From contig NC_045138.2 of the NCBI RefSeq assembly GCF_008831285.2, positions 7,874,001-7,938,000 on the forward strand: a stretch of 64,000 nt of DNA. The letters run 5' to 3'. Made by a program: the position numbers and the translations under genes. Source of the stretch: Nymphaea colorata (taxonomy: Eukaryota). Under the pieces are notes generated by a model. That model did not search any database. It was not told the DNA's origin and was given only the letters and a program-made list of their open reading frames with translations. This document shows, one piece after another, positions 12,931 to 25,619 of the stretch (the stretch's first letter is position 1; each line of letters starts with the position of its first letter).

Positions 12931-15900
12931 TGAGGTGCTTTTGTGGTAGTGTTTAACTGTTTTTGAATTCGGGTAGTGTTCTAACTGAAAACTTAATGCA
13001 AGTAAAACTTATCATATTTTGTTGATGACTATTACTACATGTGATGTTTAAATTTTACCACATGCGTCTATGCTTTTGCTTGTCACTGTTGTTTATGTGC
13101 TACATCAATCTTTTTCTTCTACAAAATCTGTAAATATGTTTCTTATATCAAACTAAGAAATATATTTCTAGAAATCTGGAAATATGTTTCTTTATCATCA
13201 AACACAGAAATATATTTTTGAAAATATATTTCTTAGTCATCACACACACACCAAAATAGGAATCAGAAGTATTTTTCTCATTCCATTTTTTCAGAAAATA
13301 TATTTCTGGAAATATATTTCCAATTTACATGAGTATGAGTGTTTTTGCTTATCCATAAGTTCAAGGTTGTTCATTATTTTCTCCATTTTATAGAACTTGT
13401 GCTTAGTTGGAATTTCATCGTCACTTGATTTGTCTAACTCTAACCTTGTCTTTTTTTTTTCTTTAACTTATTTTACTTTCTCTTCAAAACTATTGTTGCT
13501 CGAGTTACTGCTTGGCGTATACTTCTTTGCCTCTTTGCCCTTCTTAGCAAACTTTCTCTTTCTTTTCGGCTTCTCCTTTGAACTTTCACTTGAGATAGGA
13601 TTAGGTAAGTTGCGATCCTCCATTATTTCATTTCTTTTTTTGCTTTTTTTTGTCGTTTTCTTTCTCTTGGTTGGAAGCAATTCAGGCTTTTTATCATTAC
13701 TGGTTGTCGAGTGCAAATCTAGATCGTCTTTAGTTTGATCTGTAGGAGAAAACTTGCTGTTTTTCTTGTTTTTTTTTTGTTTGGTAGGTTTTTTATTTGC
13801 TAATTTTAGAGTGAATATCAAAGTCTTTTGTTCTTCTTGCTCTCTCATGTAGATGTTTCATAAATAACCGGAATATGTGGTAGCCTTTTGGTTCAATTGC
13901 TGAGAAGCTAAGTGTCTCTGACATAAGACTAAACAATGAAGTTTTGTTCTGAGGGGTTTGCTTAGCTTGTGCTCATGTTTCAACCATCTTGTTGGCTTCA
14001 AATATTCACCTTATATGACAGGAAAATGAAGAGTCATTAGAAGGAAATGATGACAAAATGAAGGTTCACATTATATTAAGAGTTTAAATATTACATCTAT
14101 TGAAAACATTAACCGATTAAAATGACAATGACAAGACAAAATAAAGAGTACAAAGTTGACAATAGAAACTTTTAAAGATGGATGGTGGTTGGTTGGCATC
14201 CCACCATTCGACATATTCCTTCTTTATTATTAAGTATGTGAACCAAGTGTAGGGTAACTATATCTTCCATTCTTGTTGAGCTACTATGAATAATGCTGCC
14301 CATTGAGGAGAGTTAAGGTCAAATTTAGGAATGCCTTAGGTCAAATTCAGGAATAGCTTCGATCGGTGCATGCATGAAAATCATCTTCTGTATCTGAGAG
14401 AATTATCACATGCATCTATCGGCACAATAATTAACTATGAAGTAGGGGTCCAAGAGTGTTGTACGATCATGGTAATGGTGAGTGTATCTAGGTGGACTCT
14501 AGCAATGATCATAACAATCTCAATGATTTCTTCTCCATTTTGGAGCTCGATCAAATGGTAATGTTGTTCCAAGACTGTTAATGCTCAATCAGTGTTTCTA
14601 AATAAATTGGCTCGGGATCCTATGTGCTTGAGGAACAATGAATGTAAAGCATATGTGCATCCTTCTACATATTTTGTGTCTCCGATGGTGAAGCGGGTGA
14701 GCCCTTGGTAAAAGCAACTCAAAGCTATCATTGCCACTAACAATTGTCAGACCTTGCTATGCCCCCATATCTGGGAAAATTGGGCGATACAAACATCTAG
14801 AAGGTTGGTTGTGTTAGTGAAGAGGATCACTTTCACTGTCCAAAGCATCATGCAATAATTGATTCTTCCTATGATTTTTCGAGATAAGGTGAAATGCTCA
14901 ACATAGACTCCAAATTCTTTGTGCAGGTTTTGTAGGTTGATGCTTTAGTTCACATTGTTTTCTATTAGGGGCCAAGTTTTTCATTTAATAATGTGAGTTA
15001 TAAAGTCATTTGCATTAACCTTAGTCAAGTTCATGATAATATGTTTCTCTAATGGATCATTTGGATTTCAAGTTGGGGTAGGTAGGTTTATTATTTTAGC
15101 AAATTCATCCAAGAATACTATCGTTTCTTTTCAAAGAAACCAAAAAGATGACGTCATTGAGTTCCATAGCTAGGCGATAACATGCACCAAATTCCCATCC
15201 ACTGATTGCATTCCTCCAACTGCTACTATTTCAGCCCACATTATTCAAAGTAAAAAGGAAAAATCCAACAGAAGGTGGATGTCAAGACCGATACTGTTTG
15301 GGAGCCAAGGGTTAAGACTCAAGAGAAACATAAGCAAACTGTTTGGGTCTTTCCTCAAAGAGGATGTGATTATAAGGGAGGTGACACTACATTGGAAAGA
15401 TACCTATTAAAAATAATTATTAGAGTATTTTTTTCATATATATATATATATTAGGTAAGAGACAAAAATCAGACCTGTTAAAAATAATTGTTCAAGTATT
15501 TTTTTATATAACCTTTTGCATATGAATTGGAGGATGATTCAATGAGGAACATGTATTAAGTTAGCCATTTTTTGTTTTAATCATATTTTTTAATAACAAA
15601 AAGTGAATGGTTCTTTTAATATCAAAATACGGATAGCAGAAAAATCAATTTTTTTACAAAATTTAATTTTATTAAAGTATGATTTTCATTGAATTATTAT
15701 TTAATTATGAGTATATCTGAGGATGTTCACCGTTCGTTTACAACATTTTTTACCACAAGATTAAGAGGTTTAGTTTTTGTCTGGTACCTTAGTGGCATTG
15801 TATTTACCAATTACTCGAAGAAAGAAAAATTCTAGCACATGCCGAACTCAAAGTCAAAATTTCAACATTTGCTCTTCCAAAAATGTATTTTCCTAAAATC

Positions 15901-16964
15901 AAGTGTACTTATTTTAAAGTGACCATGATCCATGAAGGTTAAGTTGGAAAAACATGATTTAAGGGACGCCACCACAAACTATATTCCGAACTTATTTCTG
16001 GTCAAGGTTATGTGATCACAAATCCAGAAGAAAACAAAAATTGACACCAAGATTGATCAGAAATAAGCTCAGAAGTTGAGCTACGCACTTACATGTTATC
16101 ATTCTTGTATTAGTACATTTATTATTTTTAGTGACATGAATCTCATAATCTTTTCTGGCATTTACTGCCAACTTGAACAATGCCATGTTGCCCTAAAACG
16201 CTATTGAGGCAACCCCCATCGCCCTTAAAGCAGGTTACCGAAAACATGGTCGAAAAAGCCTTTTTGAAATTAAAAACTGAGTTTCCAAGATTACGTTTGA
16301 AAAGCCAAACTTGGTTTAATTCTCAAACATCGTTTTGAGGGCATATCAAAGCACACCCTCAAAATTATTTTAAGCTATGAAAAAAATATATATAATATCA
16401 ATTTTTCGCTCTAATGCATACAAGTATGACGGTCACAACTAGTGGCAAAACCACAAATTTCGGCTAATAGTTGAACAAATCTATAAAATTCATAGCTAAT
16501 GGTTAGGAGTGTTTTGTTAGGAGTGCACGTTGTTCCATGTTTATAGATTCTGCCACTTTGTATGATCTTGTCGCACATGCGGTATTCAGGGACATGTGGT
16601 CACTCAGTAGTGTAATAGTCAGAACTAGCGAAATTTAGTGCCAAATATTTTGTACATGCTTGGACCAAACGACAACTAGTGGCAAATCGAGAAATTTCGA
16701 CTAATGAGGTACAAACCTGTAAAGTCATATGTAATGAAGGCATCTGCATCAATATGTAGTACTATACACATGAATAAAAGGATTTGCAAAAGTTAGTGGT
16801 GCACACTTCCCCATGCTGCTGTATAAAGTGGTAGACCTGGCAATTTCTGGTTGAGGGGTACTGTAATTTTAAATTTCAAACTTTAAATGACACTTATATA
16901 TATAAACTAAGAACTAATGACGTTTATATATGTAAATAAAGTAACTTTTTTGGGTTTATATGGG

Positions 16965-17379
16965 TAGAGATGTTAATATATCTGATTTGGATTGAACATT
17001 GATGGAACCGAATAAAAAAATCGAATATGGAAAAATTTTTAATTCCTGATGAAGAAATCAAATCAGAGTCCGATTTTAGAAATGATATCGAATCAAATTC
17101 AAAATCAGATTTTCAGAAATACAAAAATATCCGATGAGATTTGGATTTGTTATATTTTAAAACAAATATCCTATATCTAATACTCTTACATTTTGAAACC
17201 TAGGAAAATTTGGATTTGAATTTCAATATGTATATAAAAATCAGATTCAGAACGGATTCAGATTGGAAAAACAGATTTCAGATTCAAATTTAGATGACTT
17301 TTTTTATTCACATCTGAATTTAAAAAAAATGAATACAGTTAAGGGTATATCTGATTCAAATCCAATCTGTTGACATCTA
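16965..17379. mobile_element. hAT-like MITE, same family (degenerate)
   Basis: TAGAGATGTTAA ... TTGACATCTA with (T)CGGAT/ATCCGA-like repeats. Confidence 0.6.
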
Positions 17380-18396
17380 TCACTCGTATGTTTGTATGTT
17401 ATGTACGACATTGTCACATATGCATTATTGGTCGACATATGACCCCTCAATAGTGTAATAGGTAGAATCAACGTTATCAAAATCGGCTAGCAAAATTTCA
17501 TTCCACATTTTCTTTTTAGATCCAAGGACTAAACATGGGGAAAAAGTCTATGAAACCGTAAGTAATGAGGGAATGTTGGCCAATATGTATTATCATACAA
17601 AGGATTTCAATAAGTTAGGGGTGCACACCGGCCCATGCTTTGTATGATAGCCTTTCAAAGATGTGAACACGACCATCATGAAAGCTGGTTATCAACAAAC
17701 ACCGCCAAATTTTGAGTCTCTGTTAATTTGGAAACTGGTAGCTGAGATAAGATTAATGGTATTAAGCTCCCCTACGAAAAAGAGAAGGAACGAGCCACCT
17801 GGGCAGGAAGGGAGGAACAAGGAAGAAACTGCTCACCTACTCAGGGCGTCGGGGATGGCGACCGAAACCGGCAGAGAACCAAGTCGACGAGCCAGCGAGG
17901 AGGCAACTCAGGCGAGGGTTTTCCAAGTTTCCAACCATTTTTCTTTCAACAAAAACTCGTTGCCACTCTTCAACATCTGTTTTTGTTTCCAAGTGAAAGG
18001 AACGTGGTGGGGCAGTGAACCAGGTCGGGTGGCCGATTCAAACTGCATTTCCTACACTGTTTTTTTTTTCCGGGAAGTCAGAGTGGAATCTCTGTCATGA
18101 GTTTATTGGAGGAGCGGAATAATTCACATGGACTTTCTAGATCACGTCCAGCGTACACCCGACTCCAGTCTGCAGAAAAAGCAGCACTGTGGCATCACAT
18201 GGGAATATAGATCCAAATTCATCTCCTTCTAATGAACAAGATATGCAGCTGAAAAAGTCATGACCTCCTTTTGGAGCGGTGAAAAAAAGACAAGCCACGA
18301 ATTGGGAACTCCCAGTTATCTTGATGCTGTTCGATCTCTCCCTGCTTGACAGTTTTCTTACACAAAGAAAGCGCAGGTATTACAAAACGTGATTAA

Positions 18397-18964
18397 GTGC
18401 GCATTTGGTTGGCACCCTCATCTAACACAATTTTGCTAAAACATGATATGGAAACCAAGTTTTTTAATGAATTTTAAAAATATGGGTTTTCTTGTTTGCG
18501 TGATATGCCCCGACCCTGGTTTTTATGAATAACTTGGTGGGAATCAGGATTTTTACCCCTTTTTACACAACATGATTTTGTCAAAACTGCATTTTCCTCA
18601 AAACCTGTTTTGGTGGCCTCCAAATATTCTAGGTTTTGGAGATGAAACCAAGTTTCACATGATTTTGTCAAAACTGGATTTTCTTCAAAACCCGTTTTGA
18701 TGGCCTCCAAGTATTCTAGGTTTTGGAGGTGAAACCAAGTTTCACATGATTTTGTCAAAACTGGATTTTTCTCAAAATCCGTTTTTATGGCATTCAAACA
18801 TTCTAGGTTTTGGAGGTGAAACCAAATTTCACATGATTTTGTGCAAACTAGATTTGCCTCAAAACCCATTTTGATGGCATCCAAACATTCTAGGTTTTGG
18901 AGGTGAAATGAAGTTTGGTATCTAAAAGTTAGTTTTAAAGTGTAACCAAATGCCCTTTGGCCCC
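18397..18964. mobile_element. PIF/Harbinger (Tourist-like) MITE carrying four 87-bp tandem repeats
   Basis: TAA flanks at both ends; TIR cores GCATTTGGTT / AACCAAATGC; units start at 18571, 18658, 18745 and 18832 (87-bp period). Confidence 0.7.
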
Positions 18965-21900
18965 TAAAGCTTTTCACTTTTTTCACTTAGAAGTTCAACC
19001 TCATGACTGAAACATAACAACATCCAAATGCGATCAAGGCCGTCACAACCACAAGAAGGCACTGCTCTGCCAAGAGAAATATCTTCAATATCACAAGAAC
19101 TGAAAACCATCTAACATATTTCAAAACAAAATAATATATATTTACTCTTAAAAATGAATCAAACCCTTCATAAATTCCTAATAAACAATTGTGTGTCATT
19201 AGTGGTGATACATACATAAATCTTTAATGGTAGCTAACAGTTTACCTATAGCAACATTGATGTCATGGTTGGGGTGAATTCCAGAAAGAATATATGTTTT
19301 TTAGTTTACTTAAACATAATTAATGAAATCTTTACATAGATTATGTCAAACGGTGATGACCTGCTTCAATCCTAGGGGTGTTTTTTATTAGAGCTAGTCC
19401 ACCTCGATTAATAAGAGGTTGTTTGGCACCAATAATAAAATGTTGCCGTTTAGTGAAACTGGTCCAAAAATTGAGGCAAATTTATAAAACCATGTAACAT
19501 ATTATTCCATGAATCTCCCCCCAAAATTCGGGGCAAAAGCACTTGGATACTATGAATTTTCCCCCAAAAATTTGTATATTTCACTTTTAATGACATCAAT
19601 CCCATAATTTTTTGAGGCATTTATTGCCAATTTGAACAATGCCATGTTGTCCCAAAACAATGTTGAGGCAGGTTTGGAAAAACACTAAGGAAAAAGCGGA
19701 TTTGAAATTAAAAACCAGGTTTCCAAAAGGCGTTTGAGAAGCCAAACACGGTTTTACTTCTCAAACATCGTTTTGAGGGTAACCTAGTTTAGGGCCCCCC
19801 CTTGGTTCCGCCCCTGTCAATAGTGGTATGGTCCATCATTAGTGTAATAGTGGAAACTAATGTTACCAAAATGGGTCTGAATAGTGAAATTTGATGCCAA
19901 ATATTTCAAGATCCTTGGACCAAAAGACGGCTAGTGACAAAAGGAAAAAAATTTCGGCTAAAGAGGGCACAAATCTGTACAATCATAAGTAATGAGGGGA
20001 TGTTGGCCAATGAGTAGTATTATACACATTTATATAAAGGGATTTGCGTAAGTTTGGGGTGCATACTGTTCCATGCTTCATTTTCTGCCACTATACACCA
20101 TATTGTCATGCACACATTATTGGTGGAGAGATTGTTTCCTCGAAAGTATAATAGTTGGAATCAATGTTACTAAAACCGGCCTCAATGGCCAAGATTTCTG
20201 CCACATATTCTCTAGAAGCAGGAACAACAAGAAAATCTGTACCAAATGGGGTAGAAATGGCACCAAGCATTGTTCTTCTTATTTAACTTGCAAGTAAGTT
20301 TTGTGAAAAATAAACTCTTAAATCATTGGTAACAGATGAGGTAGACAGGGCCAGGCATTGTACTTCTTTTAACTTTTAACTTGTAGTAAGTTTTGTGAAA
20401 CATTAAGGTGCATTTGGTATATCCTTTTAAGAGTGTTAGCATAATAGATGGGGCAGAGATTGGTGAGTGGTCCGTCTTTATTTTAAGATTTTACATCATC
20501 AATTTTTAATGTCATAAAAAAAAAGTGAATATATAAGTGGAGGAGTGGTAGTGTAGGCAGCAAGGTGGTCCACCTTTTATAAACACTTGTGTTCGAATCT
20601 TGGAGTGGTCACTGTCATGTTTCAGTGCCAACTACTTCTGAATTCCCAGTACCATCTACTTCTGAATTGTAAAAAGTTTCGAAACATGCTCTTGTCTCTT
20701 TTAGAGACTGTGGAATGAACTACTCACCCTTAAAAGTAAAATAAGGTACAGTGGTGGATCTGTATGGATCACTCGAAAACTCCAAAAAATGAGGCAGGTG
20801 GGACATTATTCTCAGGTGGGTGTACACGCACAAAAACAAGCTTTGACAGTTAAAAATAATTTTCATGTGAGTTTGACCAGCAGACTCTGGAAAAAAACTG
20901 ACATCTCATCAGAATTTGACATCTTTTAACTTCTTCCTTTTGGTGATCACTTTCTACTGCCACTTTCACGTGAAAGTTACTTTGTGGGAAGACTTTCCCA
21001 CCTTTGTTAAGTTAAAATGGATCAATGAATTCCTCCAAGAAAAATTCTGGTTCTTCAATTTTTCAATTAATTTTAGTGACTTTTAATGTTAATGAATTGG
21101 ATTTGGATATCCTGAGAAAACCAGGTAAGGAAAAAATTTAACATCTCATCAGAAAATTGATGTTACTGATGCACACGTTGAAGCATGACACATAACATAG
21201 TTAGTGTCCTAAGCATATAAGCCTGACCTTGTACTTTATAAAGAAGGCAAGGGGTTGGGTTGGGTGAGAGCTTGTTCTTATATGAATGGTACTCACTCAA
21301 AAAGGGAGAGTCTGTAACACAAAGGAGAGATTTTGAAGATCTTTTTAAGTGAAAAGCTGTTTTGTACTTTGAATAGGGCTGAGCTTTGGGTTTGGCATGG
21401 TCTATGACCACAGTGTGGGCTCGGTCTGACTGTCTGCATCCTGGGACTGAATACCTACTCCAATCCAATTAGAATAAAAAAAATAATAATATAGCTCAAT
21501 ACACAAATATAATTAACTATAACAAAAGATATATAATGATATCTACATTTAAAAAAAATAATATTTTAAAACAATTATCGAACTAAGTCAAGCTGACCCA
21601 ACTCAAGCTTGAGGCGGGTCGGATATCAGGCACCGTTAGGATACCCTCAGAATGCTCACTACTCATTTTTGTGAAGCTAAGGATGAAATATAAACTAGCA
21701 CAAAAGGGTGAAGTTGGGGCCGTTTGTTTTCCTTTTTTATTTTTTATGTCGTTAGGCGCCTAAACAAAAAATACCGTGAAAATAATATTAATAGTCCGCC
21801 CTTATGCAAAGCATGCGCTGCTCTTCTATAAATTTTTGTGCGCCATCTTAACAATGACATAAATTACCTATCGTTAATAGAAAACAGAACTCTATGTATG

Positions 21901-23557
21901 GACAAAAAAGTGAACCGCAAAAAGAAGATTTGTTTGTGGATTTGATAAAAGTGAAATTTGCCGGTCTCATATATGCATATCATTTTGAGCAATATACCCC
22001 TATTAGCGGTAATACCATCCTTGTCTTTTTGTTTCGCTCATAAAGTTATCTCATTATCTCATAAATATTCCATTATCTAACAAACATTATGCCATAAATA
22101 TTTTACTATCTCATAAGCCACTTATTTCAAACATTAACTCAAAAGTCGAATAGGCACCAACATGGGTCGAATGAGTGCACTCGACCGACACTAATGCCCC
22201 GAGGTGGATGGTAGGAATGATGCGAGAAGCCCATACCTGAAGGTGTTATTGACCAAAAATACTCATTGATGCAGCAAAATGGTTTTTAGAATAGAGCGTG
22301 CCCAATGTGGACTGCGAGAATGACCCAAAAAGCCTGTAAGTGAAAAAGGAAAAAGTAAGTTTATCGGTCGTGGAGCAGAGGCTTCTCCATAACGCTTCAA
22401 ACATTCGCAGCAGCAAAGAGAGTTGTCGGTTGTAGGCAGCAGTTATCATCTTCATGAAAGCGGTTTTTGTCGTTGGTGGAACAGCGTCGGTCGAAGCAAC
22501 CTTAAGGACATTTGTTGGAAAAGAGCAAAGGCTTCTGCCTGGACATGCTAAAATTCCATGATAGATGGCACAGCTAAGCATTGTTGTTTGTATGGAGCAC
22601 CATTGAATGAGAATAGCGGAAGCTGAGAATATAGTTATAGCACTTTAAGAAAAAGAGAAGGGCAAATGTTCCTTCCCTTTCAAAGCCAATGATCTAGTGC
22701 TTTTCAATCGCCCTCGAGGATTCATGACTCCTATGAACCCGTTCCTATAAAATTACTGCCAATGCAAATTATTTTTACCATTTTTGGCTAAGGTTCTTAG
22801 GACCAAGGATCCAAGTATATGGTGGTCCTCTTCCTTCTAGGTAAAAATCTGTTGGTGCAGTAAGAATTAAATAAAAAAGCCATTTTCAAGTCAGTTTTAA
22901 TAATTTATGTGGAGGAAAAGGAGAAAGGGGAGATGGGGAAAGGCAAGGATGGGAGGAGGAGACAAGGGAACATGGGAGGTTTATGTTCAGGGAAATGGAA
23001 CATGGAAAAGCATATGCCTTTCTTAATTGGTAGCTACAATGACCAACAACTACGCGAGTTCATGACAATCCTGCTTTTCGTCATCCGTTTACTTCTTTAT
23101 AAAGGGCCAGCCTCTTGCTCCACTCTGAAAAGCAGGGTGTCCAAGTATCTGAAATTTCTCTTGTGGTTGGCACCCTCATATAACTCCGTTTTGTGAAAAC
23201 TTGGTTATATAAAAACAAGTTTTTTAATGAGTTCTCAAAATGTGGGGTTTTTGTTCTTTTTTTGAGTGATACACCCCGACCCTAGTTTTTATTAATGACT
23301 TGGTGGGAGTCAGGATTTTTACCCCTTTTTACAAAATATGATTTTTTTCAAAACAGGATTTTCCTCAAAACCCATATTGATGGCATCCAAACATTCTAGG
23401 TTTTGGAGGTGAAACTAACTTTCACATGATTTTGTCAAAACTGGATTTTCCTGAAAGCCCGTTTTGATCCAAGCATTCTAGTTTTGGAGGTGAAATCAAG
23501 TTCCACATGATTTTGTCAAAAATGAATTTTCCTCAAAACCCATTTTGATGGCATCCA

Positions 23558-23960
23558 AGTTGGGATTTCTCCATCTGGATAGTCCTGCGTCGATACGGGT
23601 CCATATCCATTTCGGACCCTTAAGTATAAATACTTGTGTCTTGTGATGGTGTGAGACACATTCAGTTTTTACCGTCTGGGTAATCGGTCCCTTTAGCCAT
23701 ACGTGAATTGCCTGTCCCCATCACTGGGCTGCTATGGCTGAGGAGAGAAACCCATTGCCGCCGCCGCCGCCGCTACCTCCGCAGGAGAACGACTCTATGG
23801 GGACTGTAGCCGTTCTTCCCACAGCCGCCGACATTCAGTCGGCGGTCGCCTCTACAGGTTCTACTTCCGCCCTATTTGAAACACATGAATCATGAATGCT
23901 TCTTTCGAATTTCTGCATTTTCGTTTGTGTGCTATCTAGATTTCTACCAAAGCTCCAACA
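23558..23960 (+). repeat. Copia 5' LTR
   Basis: AGTTGGG...CCAACA (terminal TG mutated to AG); TATAAAT 23625-23631; about 12 substitutions and 2 indels versus the 3' LTR. Confidence 0.93.
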
Positions 23961-23961
23961 A

Positions 23962-23977
23962 TGGGTTATGGGCCCAC
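23962..23977 (+). other. Primer-binding site complementary to the anticodon arm of initiator tRNA-Met (half-tRNA primer)
   Basis: TGGGTTATGGGCCCAC is the reverse complement of GTGGGCCCATAACCCA in plant tRNA-iMet (recalled sequence); it lies 1 nt after the 5' LTR. Confidence 0.8.
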
Positions 23978-24630
23978 ACCACGATTCCTGTGCACGTTTT
24001 CCTTTGCATTCTGTTTTCACGCAAAGATAATAGGGCAGAAATGTGGAAAGAGGGCGACGGCCTCCATCGCGTGGGTGATGGAAGCCGTCGGTTATTTTTT
24101 GAGGGAAAGGGGACGGCAGGGAGTTGGGCGACGGAGAAGCACGGGGCCGGCGGTTATGGCGAAATGGCGGGCAGCGACCGCCGTTTTGGGCGACGGCCGG
24201 CACCCATCCATCTCTGTCTGCCTGTTTTCTCTTTCAATTTCTGAAGGAACCAACAGAGGAGGGCAGAGGAGCGGGAGAAAGGGCTTCGCCCCAGCACCCA
24301 CCTCCAAATCTCCACCGCCGGGCTCTTCTCCGTCGCCGGACGGCGCCGTGAGACCTGCCAGCGCCCACCCATAGCCTGCCGGAGGAGGTTTCCGCCGTTC
24401 GGTGTATGGTAGACGAGCGGCGGTTTCGGTTTCCCTGAAACTGCTCGCTAGGTCGAGCGGGAGCTGGTCGGGCGGAAGGCGGGGTGGGTCGGACCCGGGT
24501 CGGGTCATGTTGACCCGACTCGGATTCATAAACGTTTAAAAAAAAAACCCGCTCGCTTTGATTTTATTTTTCGGATGGGGTCGGGTCCGGTTGGACCCGA
24601 TCCGTATGCATTCGGTCTGATTTTATAAAC

Positions 24631-24900
24631 AGAACCGATTCGGTTCGTTTCAGAACTGATTCAGTTCGTTTAAGAACCGATACGATCCGTTTCAAGACCG
24701 GTTCGAGCATTTTGGGACCGTTTCGGATCTTTTCTGGACCGGTTCAGTTGATTTTCAGACCGGTTCATTCAGTTTTAAAACCGATTCGGGCCCTTTTGAA
24801 CCGATTCAGAGTTGTTTGAGACCGGTTCTTTTCCTTTCGGTACTGGTTCATCTAGTTTTCCATTGGTTCGGTCCATTTAGGACTGATACGGGACCAGTTC
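24631..24900 (+). repeat. Degenerate ~21-bp tandem repeat (core ACCGRTTC) in the Copia leader
   Basis: AGAACCGATTCGGTTCGTTTC / AGAACTGATTCAGTTCGTTTA / AGAACCGATACGATCCGTTTC ... about 12 units. Confidence 0.75.
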
Positions 24901-25619
24901 TAAGCTAGAGGAAGCTGGTATATGTGTTTTTATGTCCATTTAAGGTGATTAATGGATTGGTTCGATCATTTTAGATCGATACGGACCGATTCATTTTGTT
25001 TTATGGAGCTTTAATGAATAATTTAGATAGCATTAAGTTGATTATGCAAAAATGATTCATGTGATTCGTGTATTTCATTTTTAAATGTGTTATTGTGACA
25101 TATTATGTTTTTTGTATCATGTTTTGTTTAGGATTATGCTAAAGTTAAATTTTATTGCATGATCATAAAGTTGTACGATAACGCTAATGTAAAGAGCCTA
25201 TGATTAGTTAAATCATGTCATACCTCACCAAAGTGACTATGCATGATTTAAAGGCACATTAGTGTTTCATGTTGTACTTATTCTCATTTGAAGTAGCATA
25301 ATTACCCAAAGGTAGTGTGTTATGTTTATGAGAATAAGTAAAGTAAAATAGGAAAATAGATCCTTACATAGTTCTGTCATTTTACACCCAAAGGTGTTAT
25401 GCTTAACTATAGTTTGGATTTACATTTCTTAGTTTTAGTAGATAAAGTTAAGACGGAATATATGTGCGTATTAGGTATATTACCAAAGTAGTATCCTAAT
25501 GACTCCTGGTATTTGTGTTGGAAATAGTAGACATGAAGAGCCTTTATTTGGTTTACTGTTCCATATGGTTTGTCTCATATAATGCATGTCAACTTATACA
25601 TGTTTTTTGTCGTCTGCAG

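Noticed and set aside
13397..15300. Lys-rich minus-strand ORF and upstream region, possibly a LINE ORF1 remnant
   Set aside because: Low complexity, and I could not recover a diagnostic motif; needs TBLASTN/HMM.
17663..18340. 145-aa ORF and GC-richer exon-like block
   Set aside because: No recognisable homology or consistent exon chain.
18571..18918. Repeat array as a possible CRISPR
   Set aside because: Eukaryotic context; whole units repeat with no unique spacers and no cas genes.
18474..18986. 170-aa ORF with 29-aa repeats
   Set aside because: Translation of the 87-bp minisatellite; the second copy has frame-breaking indels.
22240..22900. Coding-like stretch, possibly a LINE C-terminal zinc-finger region; a similar one at 6050-6490
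   Set aside because: Only vague motif resemblance, not supportable by eye.
23835..24529. Several overlapping 70-145 aa ORFs
   Set aside because: GC-rich Copia leader with few stop codons; no domain similarity recognised.
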